Positions 23,925-30,425 are shown, counted from the first letter of the stretch. The stretch is 34,836 bases of DNA from Chloroflexota bacterium (GCA_041180765.1 JBEGQU010000055.1:1-34836), one strand, 5' to 3'. Program-made: numbers and translations. Notes: generated from the sequence alone by a model not told the origin.

Positions 23925-24937
23925 TGGCCGACGAGCAGCGCGACCTCCCCGTGCCGGCGGAGCGGGAGAGCGCCCCCGTGCCGCGCCTCTCGAGCCCGGC
24001 GGCGATCCACACCCACGGGCTCGATGCCGAGCGCGCCGCGAAGATCGTGAAGCAGAGCGGCTCCTCGCGCGCCGCCGCGCTCCTCGGCGTGATGATCGTG
24101 ACGATCTTCGTGCTGCTCTACGCCTTCTACGACCAGGGGCTTCCCGGCACGACCGGCTCGTCGCGACTCGCCGCGGCGCGCGAGGAGCAGTACCTCGAGA
24201 CGGTGAAGCGCGGCTACAACCTGTTCCAGGCGAACTGTGCCCGCTGCCACGGCGACCAGGGGCAGGGCGGCATCGGCCCGGTCCTCAACGACCAGGGGAA
24301 GCTCCTCTCCCACCTCACGCCGGCGTACCTGAAGAACGTGCTCACCGTCGGCGGCCGCTACGTGTGCGGCAACGCCAACTCGCTCATGGGCGTCTGGGCC
24401 GACGTCAACGGCGGCCCGCTGAACTACCGCGAGATCGAGGAGCTCATCGCCTGGATCCGCGCCACGAAGGACGACACGATCACCGTCACCGATCCGGCGA
24501 CCGGCGAGAAGGTCGAGGTGACCGGCTGGCGCGATGCCGCCTACGAGCCGGCCCCCGATGCGACCCCCGTCCCCGCCTGCTGGAGCGACGCCTTTGCCGC
24601 GTCGCCGACGCCGACCCCCTCGGGCGGCACGCCGAGCGCTCCCGCGGGCGAGACCTACACGATCGTCGCCATGGGGGTGAAGTTCACCACCTCGACGCTC
24701 GAGGTCGCGGCAGGAACGGCGTTCCGCATCGCCTTCGACAACCAGGATGCCGGCATCCCGCACAACGTTGCGATCCACGAGGGGACCGTCGACGCGGTCG
24801 GCAAGGAGCTCTACCAGGGGGCGATCTTCCCGGGCGTGGCGCAGAAGACCTACGACATCCAGGCGCTCGCCGCGGGCAGCTACGTGTATGTGTGCACGGT
24901 GCACCCGAACATGGTCGGCACCCTGGTGGTGAAGTGA
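23924..24937 (+). CDS. membrane-anchored monoheme cytochrome c fused to a type-1 copper (cupredoxin) domain
   Basis: The ATG shares one nt with the Rieske stop (TGATG). Contains a TM helix, a CARCH heme motif, a Pro/Thr/Ser linker, then cupredoxin ligands HNVAIH...CTVHPNM. Confidence 0.85.
   Translation: MADEQRDLPVPAERESAPVPRLSSPAAIHTHGLDAERAAKIVKQSGSSRAAALLGVMIVTIFVLLYAFYDQGLPGTTGSSRLAAAREEQYLETVKRGYNLFQANCARCHGDQGQGGIGPVLNDQGKLLSHLTPAYLKNVLTVGGRYVCGNANSLMGVWADVNGGPLNYREIEELIAWIRATKDDTITVTDPATGEKVEVTGWRDAAYEPAPDATPVPACWSDAFAASPTPTPSGGTPSAPAGETYTIVAMGVKFTTSTLEVAAGTAFRIAFDNQDAGIPHNVAIHEGTVDAVGKELYQGAIFPGVAQKTYDIQALAAGSYVYVCTVHPNMVGTLVVK
24752..24819 (+). repeat. arm A of an inverted repeat between the two cupredoxin genes
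   Basis: 63/68 nt identical to the reverse complement of 27958..28025. A second 26-nt block, 24893..24918, is identical to the reverse complement of 27859..27884. Confidence 0.9.
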
Positions 24938-26460
24938 TGGCCGGCAGCGACGCCCCCCGCGCGCTCGGAGCCGGCAGCGTGCCGCCGAAGCGCGCGCTCT
25001 TCGGCCTGCTCGACGCGGCCGGCTGGGGCTGGGCGTTCTTCCGCGCGGTGCTCTGGACCCTCGTGATCATCCTGCTCCTCGGCTACGTGCCGGACCGCGC
25101 CTATTACCTGACCGTCTCGCCGACCGTCGAGCTCGGGCTCAACATCGTCTCGCCGGTGAACATCTGCCCGGCGGAGAACGAGGGGCTGCCGTGCCCCGCC
25201 CCCGTCGGCGCGCTCGTTCCCTGGAAGGACGGCGCGACGACGTCGCTCCCCGGCGGCGGCGAGGGCGGCGCGCTGTTGCAGGCGGGCTCGCACGTCTACT
25301 ACCTCGGCGGCTTCGCGGCGGGCGCGCTCGACGAGTTCGCCACGACCGCCGCGGTCACCACCGCCGAGATCACCGCCGAAGGCCTCGGCGACTGGTCTGC
25401 CGCCGCGCCGCTCCCCGAGCCGCGAGCGCACGCCGCCGTCGCCTACCTCGCCGGCAAGGCCTACGTGATCGGCGGCACCTCTGCCACCGAGGTCGCCACC
25501 TCGACCGTGTACGTCGGCACGCCCGACGCGGCGAGCGGCCTGATCGCATCGTGGTCGTCGGTTGACGCGATCAAGCTCCCCGAGGCACGAACCGGTGCGG
25601 CGGTCGTGGCCGTCTCCGACGGCCTGCTCCTCGTCGGCGGCGAAGACGCCGCGCACGTCCCGCAGGCCACGGTCTGGAAGGCGACCCTCGGCGAGAGCGG
25701 CGAGCTCGGCGCATGGACGGAGTTCATGGCCCTGCCGTCCCCCCGCGCCGCCGCCGCCGCCGCGCTCGTCGGCGACGCCCTCTACGTCTGGGGCGGCCGC
25801 GATGCGTCCGGTCCGACCGGCGTCGCCCTGCGCGGCGACATCGCCGTGGCGAAGAGCCCGGCGACCGGGCACAGCACCACGCCCGCCGTCGACAACGGCC
25901 AGGGCGATGCCGAGATCGGCACGATCTTCCGCTGGACCGCGACGGAGGCTGCCGCCAGCCTGCCGCAGCCGCGCGACGGCGCCGCGCTCTGGTCGGCGAA
26001 CGGCACGCTCTACGTTGCCGGCGGCACCGTCGACGGCGCCGTGACGACCGACGTTTCCTGGGCCGCGCCGACCGCTATCGGCGGGATCGCCGGGTGGACG
26101 AGCGTCGACCAGAGCGACCTGCCCGGCGACGCCGCGCGGGTGGGCGCGGTCGGGACGGTCGTCGGCGGCCAGGCGCTGCTCATCGGCGGTCGCGACGCCG
26201 CCGGCGATCCGACGGCCACCGCGCTGGTGGCCGGCACCTCGCCGAAGGCACCGGTGTTCCGCCTCGGGCTCTTCGGGCTGACCGTGCCCGGCCTGGCGAT
26301 CCCCGGCGAGGTCGGGCAGCAGCTCGGCTACCTCGCCGCCGCAGGCGTCTGGACCCTGCACTTCGTCCTGCTGCTCGCCGCCGCCGTGGCGTACGCGCAG
26401 CGGGAGCGCTTCGGCGCCTGGGTGCGCCGACTCGCCGGGCGGAAGGGTCCTCGCAGCTAG
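24937..26460 (+). CDS. Kelch-repeat beta-propeller protein with N- and C-terminal TM anchors
   Basis: The ATG shares one nt with the preceding stop (TGATG). Six blades are marked by YYLGG, YVIGG, LLVGG, YVWGG, YVAGG and LLIGG. One hydrophobic helix at each end. Confidence 0.8.
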   Translation: MAGSDAPRALGAGSVPPKRALFGLLDAAGWGWAFFRAVLWTLVIILLLGYVPDRAYYLTVSPTVELGLNIVSPVNICPAENEGLPCPAPVGALVPWKDGATTSLPGGGEGGALLQAGSHVYYLGGFAAGALDEFATTAAVTTAEITAEGLGDWSAAAPLPEPRAHAAVAYLAGKAYVIGGTSATEVATSTVYVGTPDAASGLIASWSSVDAIKLPEARTGAAVVAVSDGLLLVGGEDAAHVPQATVWKATLGESGELGAWTEFMALPSPRAAAAAALVGDALYVWGGRDASGPTGVALRGDIAVAKSPATGHSTTPAVDNGQGDAEIGTIFRWTATEAAASLPQPRDGAALWSANGTLYVAGGTVDGAVTTDVSWAAPTAIGGIAGWTSVDQSDLPGDAARVGAVGTVVGGQALLIGGRDAAGDPTATALVAGTSPKAPVFRLGLFGLTVPGLAIPGEVGQQLGYLAAAGVWTLHFVLLLAAAVAYAQRERFGAWVRRLAGRKGPRS

Positions 26461-26499
26461 CCCGCTCGCGCGCCCCGTCGCCCGGAGGGCGGACCCGGA

Positions 26500-26574
26500 T
26501 GGTGAGCCGGGCGGGGTTCGAACCCGCGACCAAGGGTTTAAAAGACCCCTGCTCTACCGCTGAGCTACCGGCCC
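26500..26574 (-). tRNA. tRNA-Lys (anticodon UUU), CCA encoded
   Basis: Reverse complement folds as GGGCCGG-UA-GCUC-AGCGGUA-GAGC-A-GGGGU-CUUUUAA-ACCCU-UGGUC-GCGGG-UUCGAAC-CCCGC-CCGGCUC-A-CCA. Confidence 0.93.
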
Positions 26575-26580
26575 GCGCCG

Positions 26581-26589
26581 ATTCTCCCA
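26581..26589 (-). promoter_or_regulatory. putative extended -10, TGGGAGAAT-N6-G1 of tRNA-Lys
   Basis: The minus-strand hexamer ends 6 nt before the mature tRNA 5' end. It is a perfect inverted copy of 26647..26655. Confidence 0.35.
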
Positions 26590-26646
26590 TGCCGCCATGC
26601 GCCACGGGGTGTCCGCCCGTGCCGCATGCGGGAGGTCCGCGCCGCG

Positions 26647-26655
26647 TGGGAGAAT
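26647..26655 (+). promoter_or_regulatory. putative extended -10, TGGGAGAAT-N6-ATG(26662)
   Basis: Same 9-mer and same spacing as the tRNA-Lys element, pointing the other way. Confidence 0.35.
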
Positions 26656-26661
26656 GGGGGC

Positions 26662-27147
26662 ATGCAGCGCATCTGGTCGGTCGAATCCGCGACGCAGGCA
26701 CTGGGCGAGCTCCGCCCGATCATCGCCCTGCTCCGGGCGCAGCGCCGCGACCTCGACGCCATGAAGGAGCACCTGCTCCGCCTGCGGCGGCTGGAGCGGA
26801 CCGGGGCCATGCCCGGCGGCACCGACCAGAACCAGCTGCAGTTGACGGACGCCGCCCCGGCCTTCCGCGACGCGCTCATCACCGGTTCGATGCTCGAGAT
26901 GCGGATCAAGGGGCTCGTCGACCAGATGCAGGGGAGCGTCGAGCGGGTTGCGCGTCTCGGCGTGGAGCTGCGCGACATCGAGCGCGGGCTCGTCGACTTC
27001 CCGAGCCAGGCGTTCGGTCGCCCGTTCCTCCTCTGCTGGGAGGAGGGCGACGGGGAGAGCGTGCTCTTCGCCCACGCGCTCGGCGAGGGGTTCGCCGCGC
27101 GCCTCCCCATCGGCGCCTTCCTGCTGCAGCACGCCGAGCGCGCCTAG
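26662..27147 (+). CDS. DUF2203-like protein
   Basis: 161 aa from the second in-frame ATG. C-terminal LGVELRDIERGLVDFPSQAFGRPFLLCWEEGDGESVLFAH..GEGFAAR.PI fits my recollection of DUF2203. An ATG at 26626 is an alternative start. Confidence 0.65.
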   Translation: MQRIWSVESATQALGELRPIIALLRAQRRDLDAMKEHLLRLRRLERTGAMPGGTDQNQLQLTDAAPAFRDALITGSMLEMRIKGLVDQMQGSVERVARLGVELRDIERGLVDFPSQAFGRPFLLCWEEGDGESVLFAHALGEGFAARLPIGAFLLQHAERA

Positions 27148-27157
27148 CGACCCGCGC

Positions 27158-27180
27158 GGCGCCCATCCGGCGCCCCGTTT
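27158..27180 (+). terminator. weak terminator-like hairpin after the DUF2203 gene
   Basis: ggcgcc-catcc-ggcgcc (6-bp stem) followed by ccgTTTg. The U tract is short. Confidence 0.3.
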
Positions 27181-27201
27181 GACGCCCCGCGCTCCGGCGC
27201 C

Positions 27202-27207
27202 GATACT
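27202..27207 (+). promoter_or_regulatory. possible -10, GATACT-N5-position 1 of tRNA-fMet
   Basis: nAnnnT hexamer ending 5 nt before the mature 5' end of the tRNA. Confidence 0.3.
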
Positions 27208-27212
27208 CTCGG

Positions 27213-27287
27213 AGCGGGGTGGAGCAGTGGCAGCTCGTCGGGCTCATAACCCGAAGGTCGGTGGTTCGAATCCATCCCCCGCAACCA
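27213..27287 (+). tRNA. initiator tRNA-fMet (anticodon CAU), CCA encoded
   Basis: Closely parallels E. coli tRNA-fMet: AGCGGGG-UG-GAGC-AGUGGCA-GCUC-G-UCGGG-CUCAUAA-CCCGA-AGGUC-GGUGG-UUCGAAU-CCAUC-CCCCGCA-A-CCA. Has three G:C pairs in the anticodon stem, A11:U24, and an unpaired 1:72. Confidence 0.93.
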
Positions 27288-27327
27288 GCCCCCCTCGGTC
27301 GACCCCCGGTCGCGCCCGCCGACGCCC

Positions 27328-27843
27328 CTAGGGACCCGAGACGAACGCCGCGATCTCCTCGATGCTGCCGAACGGCCCCACCTGGTAGTCGAGCACGCGC
27401 CCCTGCGCATCGAGCAGGAGCGTCAGCGGCGCGGCGTTCACCGGCACCTGGGCGGCGATCGCGCCGCCGGGATCGAGCAGCGTCGGCCAGGTCGCGCCGA
27501 GGTCGAGCGCCGCCTCGAGCGCGGGCCCCGACTCGTCCCGGTAGAGCACGCCGACGAGGCTGGCGGCGTCCCCATCGGTCGCCAGGTACTCGGCGAACAG
27601 CGGGATCTCGTCGCGGCAGGGAGCGCACCAGCTCGCCCAGAAGTTCATCAGGAGCCGCGTGCCCCCCTCGTCGAGCAGTTCGCCGTAGCCGGGGCGGGCG
27701 GCGGCGTCGCCGAGCAGTTGTGCGCCGGCGATGTCGATCGTCCGCCCCACGAGCGGCGTGGGGGAGGCGGCGATCCCCCCGCAGCCGGTGACGATGAGCA
27801 GCGCTGCGAGCAGGGCGGCGACCGGCCCGCCCCGGCGGATCAC
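27328..27843 (-). CDS. TlpA/ResA-family thiol:disulfide oxidoreductase lipoprotein
   Basis: The GTG overlaps the upstream stop (GTGA). Lipobox LLIVTGC and thioredoxin motif FWASWCAPC. An ATG at 27867 is an alternative start. Confidence 0.85.
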   Translation of the reverse strand: MIRRGGPVAALLAALLIVTGCGGIAASPTPLVGRTIDIAGAQLLGDAAARPGYGELLDEGGTRLLMNFWASWCAPCRDEIPLFAEYLATDGDAASLVGVLYRDESGPALEAALDLGATWPTLLDPGGAIAAQVPVNAAPLTLLLDAQGRVLDYQVGPFGSIEEIAAFVSGP

Positions 27844-28931
27844 TTGGCGCTCAGGCTCCCGACCATGTTCGGGTGCACCGTGCAGACGAAGACGTATTCG
27901 CCGGCCGGCAGCCCGACGATGGTGTACGTGCGCTCGTCGGCGCCGTTGAAGATCTCGCCCTGGAAGAGCTCCTTGCCGACTGCGTCGACGGTCCCCTCGT
28001 GGATCGCCACGTTGTGCGGAATCCCAACGTCGTAGTTGACGAACCGCAGCTTGCGCGGCTCCCCGGCCGGGAGCTCGATGGAGGGGAGCAGGAAGGCGAC
28101 CTTCTCGGCGCAGATCGTCACGACGCCGGTCTCGTCGGGGGCGCAGGCGGGGCCGCTCGGGCTCGGGCTCGGACTCGCCGCGCCGCCGCCGAAGATTCCG
28201 GCCTGCGTCCCGCCGACGAAGACGAAGAGCAGGGAGAAGGCGACGATGGCGCCGAGCGGGGCGCGGCGCGGCGCCGGCGACACCAGGTGGCCCGAGGCAT
28301 CGGCCGCTTCGACCGCGCGGTACTCGCGTCCGGCATCGACGAGCCAGCCGACGAGGGCGAGCGCCGTCATCGCGGCGCCGAGGAGCAGCCACGACGCACC
28401 GATCGCGGCACCGAAGAGGAGGACGGCGGCCCCGAGGCTCACCAGGAAGGGGAGCAGCGAGGGGGGCGGAAGGTGGACGCCCTCGGGCGGACCCGCCGGC
28501 TCGACCGGCTGCGCCACATCCGCGGCGGCGACCAGCGCGTTGCCGTGCCCGTCGCCGAGCAACTCGTATTCGCGGAACGCTTCGCGCCCCCAGGCGAGCA
28601 GCGCGGCCACGAAGAGGGCGGCGGCGACCCAGAGCGCGATCCCGCCGAGTGCGACGGAGAAGAAGAGCGCGGCGGCCGCGGCCGAGATCAGGAACGGGGC
28701 GAGGCTGGGCCCGGGGAGGTGGATCCCGGCCGGGGGCACCTCGGCGCGGGGCGGCAGGCCGACCCGGCGGCGCCCGGCGCGGGCGTAGCGCCAGAGGACC
28801 CAGGCGTAGTAGCCGGCCACGAGGAGCAGCGCGCCGATCGGGAGGAGGCGGATGAGCGCCCCCCAGTCGGGGGCGACGAGTGGCCCGAGGAGCGAGACGA
28901 GCCACTCGAGCAGGGAGCGGAGGAACTCCAT
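27840..28931 (-). CDS. polytopic membrane protein: two tandem CtaF-like (oxidase subunit IV-like) modules fused to a cupredoxin domain
   Basis: 363 aa. The internal repeat is GIHLPGPSLAPFL..(2 TM)..WGREAFREYE and GVHLPPPSLLPFL..(2 TM)..WLVDAGREYR. A Ser/Pro linker follows, then HNVAIH...CTVHPNM. Confidence 0.8.
   Translation of the reverse strand: MEFLRSLLEWLVSLLGPLVAPDWGALIRLLPIGALLLVAGYYAWVLWRYARAGRRRVGLPPRAEVPPAGIHLPGPSLAPFLISAAAAALFFSVALGGIALWVAAALFVAALLAWGREAFREYELLGDGHGNALVAAADVAQPVEPAGPPEGVHLPPPSLLPFLVSLGAAVLLFGAAIGASWLLLGAAMTALALVGWLVDAGREYRAVEAADASGHLVSPAPRRAPLGAIVAFSLLFVFVGGTQAGIFGGGAASPSPSPSGPACAPDETGVVTICAEKVAFLLPSIELPAGEPRKLRFVNYDVGIPHNVAIHEGTVDAVGKELFQGEIFNGADERTYTIVGLPAGEYVFVCTVHPNMVGSLSAK
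27958..28025 (-). repeat. arm B of the inverted repeat between the two cupredoxin genes
   Basis: See arm A. It encodes the identical peptide GIPHNVAIHEGTVDAVGKEL. Confidence 0.9.
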
Positions 28932-28943
28932 CGCGCGCCTGGC

Positions 28944-29108
28944 CTAGGCGGCCGTGTCCATCGCGTGGATGATGATCAGCGTCATCGTCGTCATCGCGAC
29001 GCCGAGGGCGTAGAGCATGGCCACGCCGCCGATGTCGCCGGAGAGCACGTAGTAGACGGTGCCGATGGCGACGAAGAGGGCTCCGAAGGCGACGGCGAAG
29101 CGTTTCAC
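28944..29108 (-). CDS. 54-aa two-helix membrane protein (below the ORF-track cutoff), possibly the N-terminal half of a CtaF-like subunit
   Basis: GTG start 5 nt after a strong GAGGAGGG SD, with high GC3. Translation: VKRFAVAFGALFVAIGTVYYVLSGDIGGVAMLYALGVAMTTMTLIIIHAMDTAA. The stop lies 12 nt before the next gene. Confidence 0.6.
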   Translation of the reverse strand: MKRFAVAFGALFVAIGTVYYVLSGDIGGVAMLYALGVAMTTMTLIIIHAMDTAA

Positions 29109-29149
29109 GGGACCCTCCTCTGCGGCGCTCTGCTTTGGCGCGGCACGGC

Positions 29150-29155
29150 TACATT
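29150..29155 (+). promoter_or_regulatory. putative -10, TACATT-N6-GTG(29162)
   Basis: Hexamer 6 nt before an in-frame GTG of the CtaG ORF. It overlaps a minus-strand TAGAAT at 29153..29158. Confidence 0.35.
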
Positions 29156-29158
29156 CTA
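29153..29158 (-). promoter_or_regulatory. putative -10 (TAGAAT) for the small-membrane-protein/cupredoxin/TlpA operon
   Basis: Near-consensus hexamer on the minus strand. It predicts a ~38-nt leader carrying the GAGGAGGG SD. Confidence 0.35.
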
Positions 29159-29161
29159 CCC

Positions 29162-30103
29162 GTGAGCAGAATTCCCGCCCACGGACCGCTCCCCCCCGAG
29201 CCGGGCCTCGACGCGCTCCTCTACTGGGCCTCGCCGCCGCTGGTGACGCTCGCGGCGCTCGCCGTCCTCGCGCTCTGGCTGCTCGCCGTCCGCCGCGTCG
29301 GCTCCGAGCATCCCGCCAACCCGGTGCCCCGTCGCCGCACGGCGTACCTCGCCGCCGGCCTCGGGTTCCTCCTGCTCGCCCTCCAGTCGCCGATCGAGCG
29401 CTACGACACGACCCTCTTCAGCGTCCACATGGTGCAGCATCTGATCCTCCTCTTCCCCGTGCCGGTGCTGCTGCTGCGCGCCGGACCCGTGACGCTGCTG
29501 CTGCGCGTCGCCTCCCCCCGCTGGCGCGCACGCCTCCTCGCCGTGCTCCACGGACGGGTCGTCGGCGCGCTCGGGCACCCGCTCGTCGGCTGGCTGCTCC
29601 TCCCCGCGGTGATGTGGGCCACGCACCTCTCGCCGCTCTTCGACGCTGCGCTCGAGGACCCGCTGCTCCACGATCTCGAGCACCTGCTCTATCTCGGCAG
29701 CGCCCTCCTCTTCTGGGCCCCCGTCGCCTCCGTCGATCCGCTCCGCCACCGCCTGTCGCGCCCCGCCGCCCTCGGCTACCTGATCTCGCAGATGCCGCAG
29801 AACAGCTTCTTGGGCGTGGCGATCATGTGGTCGGGCGCGGTGCTCTATCCGCACTACGCCACCCTCGGGCGCACCTGGGGTCCCGATCCGCTCGTCGACC
29901 AGCAGCTGGCGGGAGCGCTGATGTGGGCACTCGGCGACGCGCTCTTCCTCGTGGCGATCTTCGCCGTGCTCGCCGCCTGGATGCGCGATGATGAGCGCGG
30001 CACCGGGCGCACCGATACCGCGAGCGCGGCGGCGCTCGCCGAGATCAACCGCCGTGCCGACCTGCTGGCGGCACGGACTGCAGGAGAGGAGCGCACCCCA
30101 TGA
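29162..30103 (+). CDS. cytochrome c oxidase assembly protein, CtaG (caa3/Bacillus) type
   Basis: Polytopic membrane protein with FSVHMVQHLILL and HDLEHLLYL His motifs. I prefer GTG 29162 (leaderless geometry) over the track start TTG 29135. Confidence 0.8.
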   Translation: MSRIPAHGPLPPEPGLDALLYWASPPLVTLAALAVLALWLLAVRRVGSEHPANPVPRRRTAYLAAGLGFLLLALQSPIERYDTTLFSVHMVQHLILLFPVPVLLLRAGPVTLLLRVASPRWRARLLAVLHGRVVGALGHPLVGWLLLPAVMWATHLSPLFDAALEDPLLHDLEHLLYLGSALLFWAPVASVDPLRHRLSRPAALGYLISQMPQNSFLGVAIMWSGAVLYPHYATLGRTWGPDPLVDQQLAGALMWALGDALFLVAIFAVLAAWMRDDERGTGRTDTASAAALAEINRRADLLAARTAGEERTP

Positions 30104-30348
30104 GCGTGGCGATCGATCCGGTCTGCGGCATGGAGGTGCCGATCGGGCCGGATGCCCTCACCTCCACCGTCGATCCGCGGCGGCTCGCGAATGCCGGGCA
30201 GCCGGGGCGGCACCGCGGCGTCGCCGAGACGGGGGCGGACGGGGCCCCCGCCGAGCGCTTCTGGTTCTGCGGGCGGGGCTGCCTGCTCGACTTCGGCGAC
30301 GAGCCCGAGCGCTATCTCGATGCCGCCTTCGCGCCCTCGGGGATGTAG
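30100..30348 (+). CDS. YHS/TRASH-domain metal-binding protein
   Basis: The ATG overlaps the CtaG stop (ATGA). DPVCGM...FWFCGRGCLLDF..EPERY matches the YHS pattern, with a ~30-aa insertion. Confidence 0.75.
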   Translation: MSVAIDPVCGMEVPIGPDALTSTVDPRRLANAGQPGRHRGVAETGADGAPAERFWFCGRGCLLDFGDEPERYLDAAFAPSGM

Positions 30349-30425
30349 CCGACCCCCGCGGGGAGTGGTACCTTCGTGCGCATAGGTCGGCCCGTGGGGG
30401 CCGCGAGGGAGAGGAGCGTCGTCGG

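Noticed and set aside
26626-26661. ATG at 26626 as the start of the DUF2203-like gene.
   Set aside because: The second ATG (26662) gives an N-terminus typical for the family and sits 6 nt after a GAGAAT hexamer. The extra 12 codons would lie within the inverted-repeat/promoter region.
26500-27287. Two tRNA genes flanking a small gene, considered as a possible integration hotspot or genomic islet.
   Set aside because: I could find no integrase, recombinase or phage genes, and no direct repeat of either tRNA 3' end nearby. The flanking genes share the same codon and GC style as the rest of the window.
29135-29161. TTG at 29135 as the CtaG start (ORF-track coordinates).
   Set aside because: It would place the start only 26 nt from the divergent gene, with no SD. 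The in-frame GTG at 29162 has the recurrent TAnnnT-N6 geometry (TACATT). The longer form cannot be excluded without N-terminal data.
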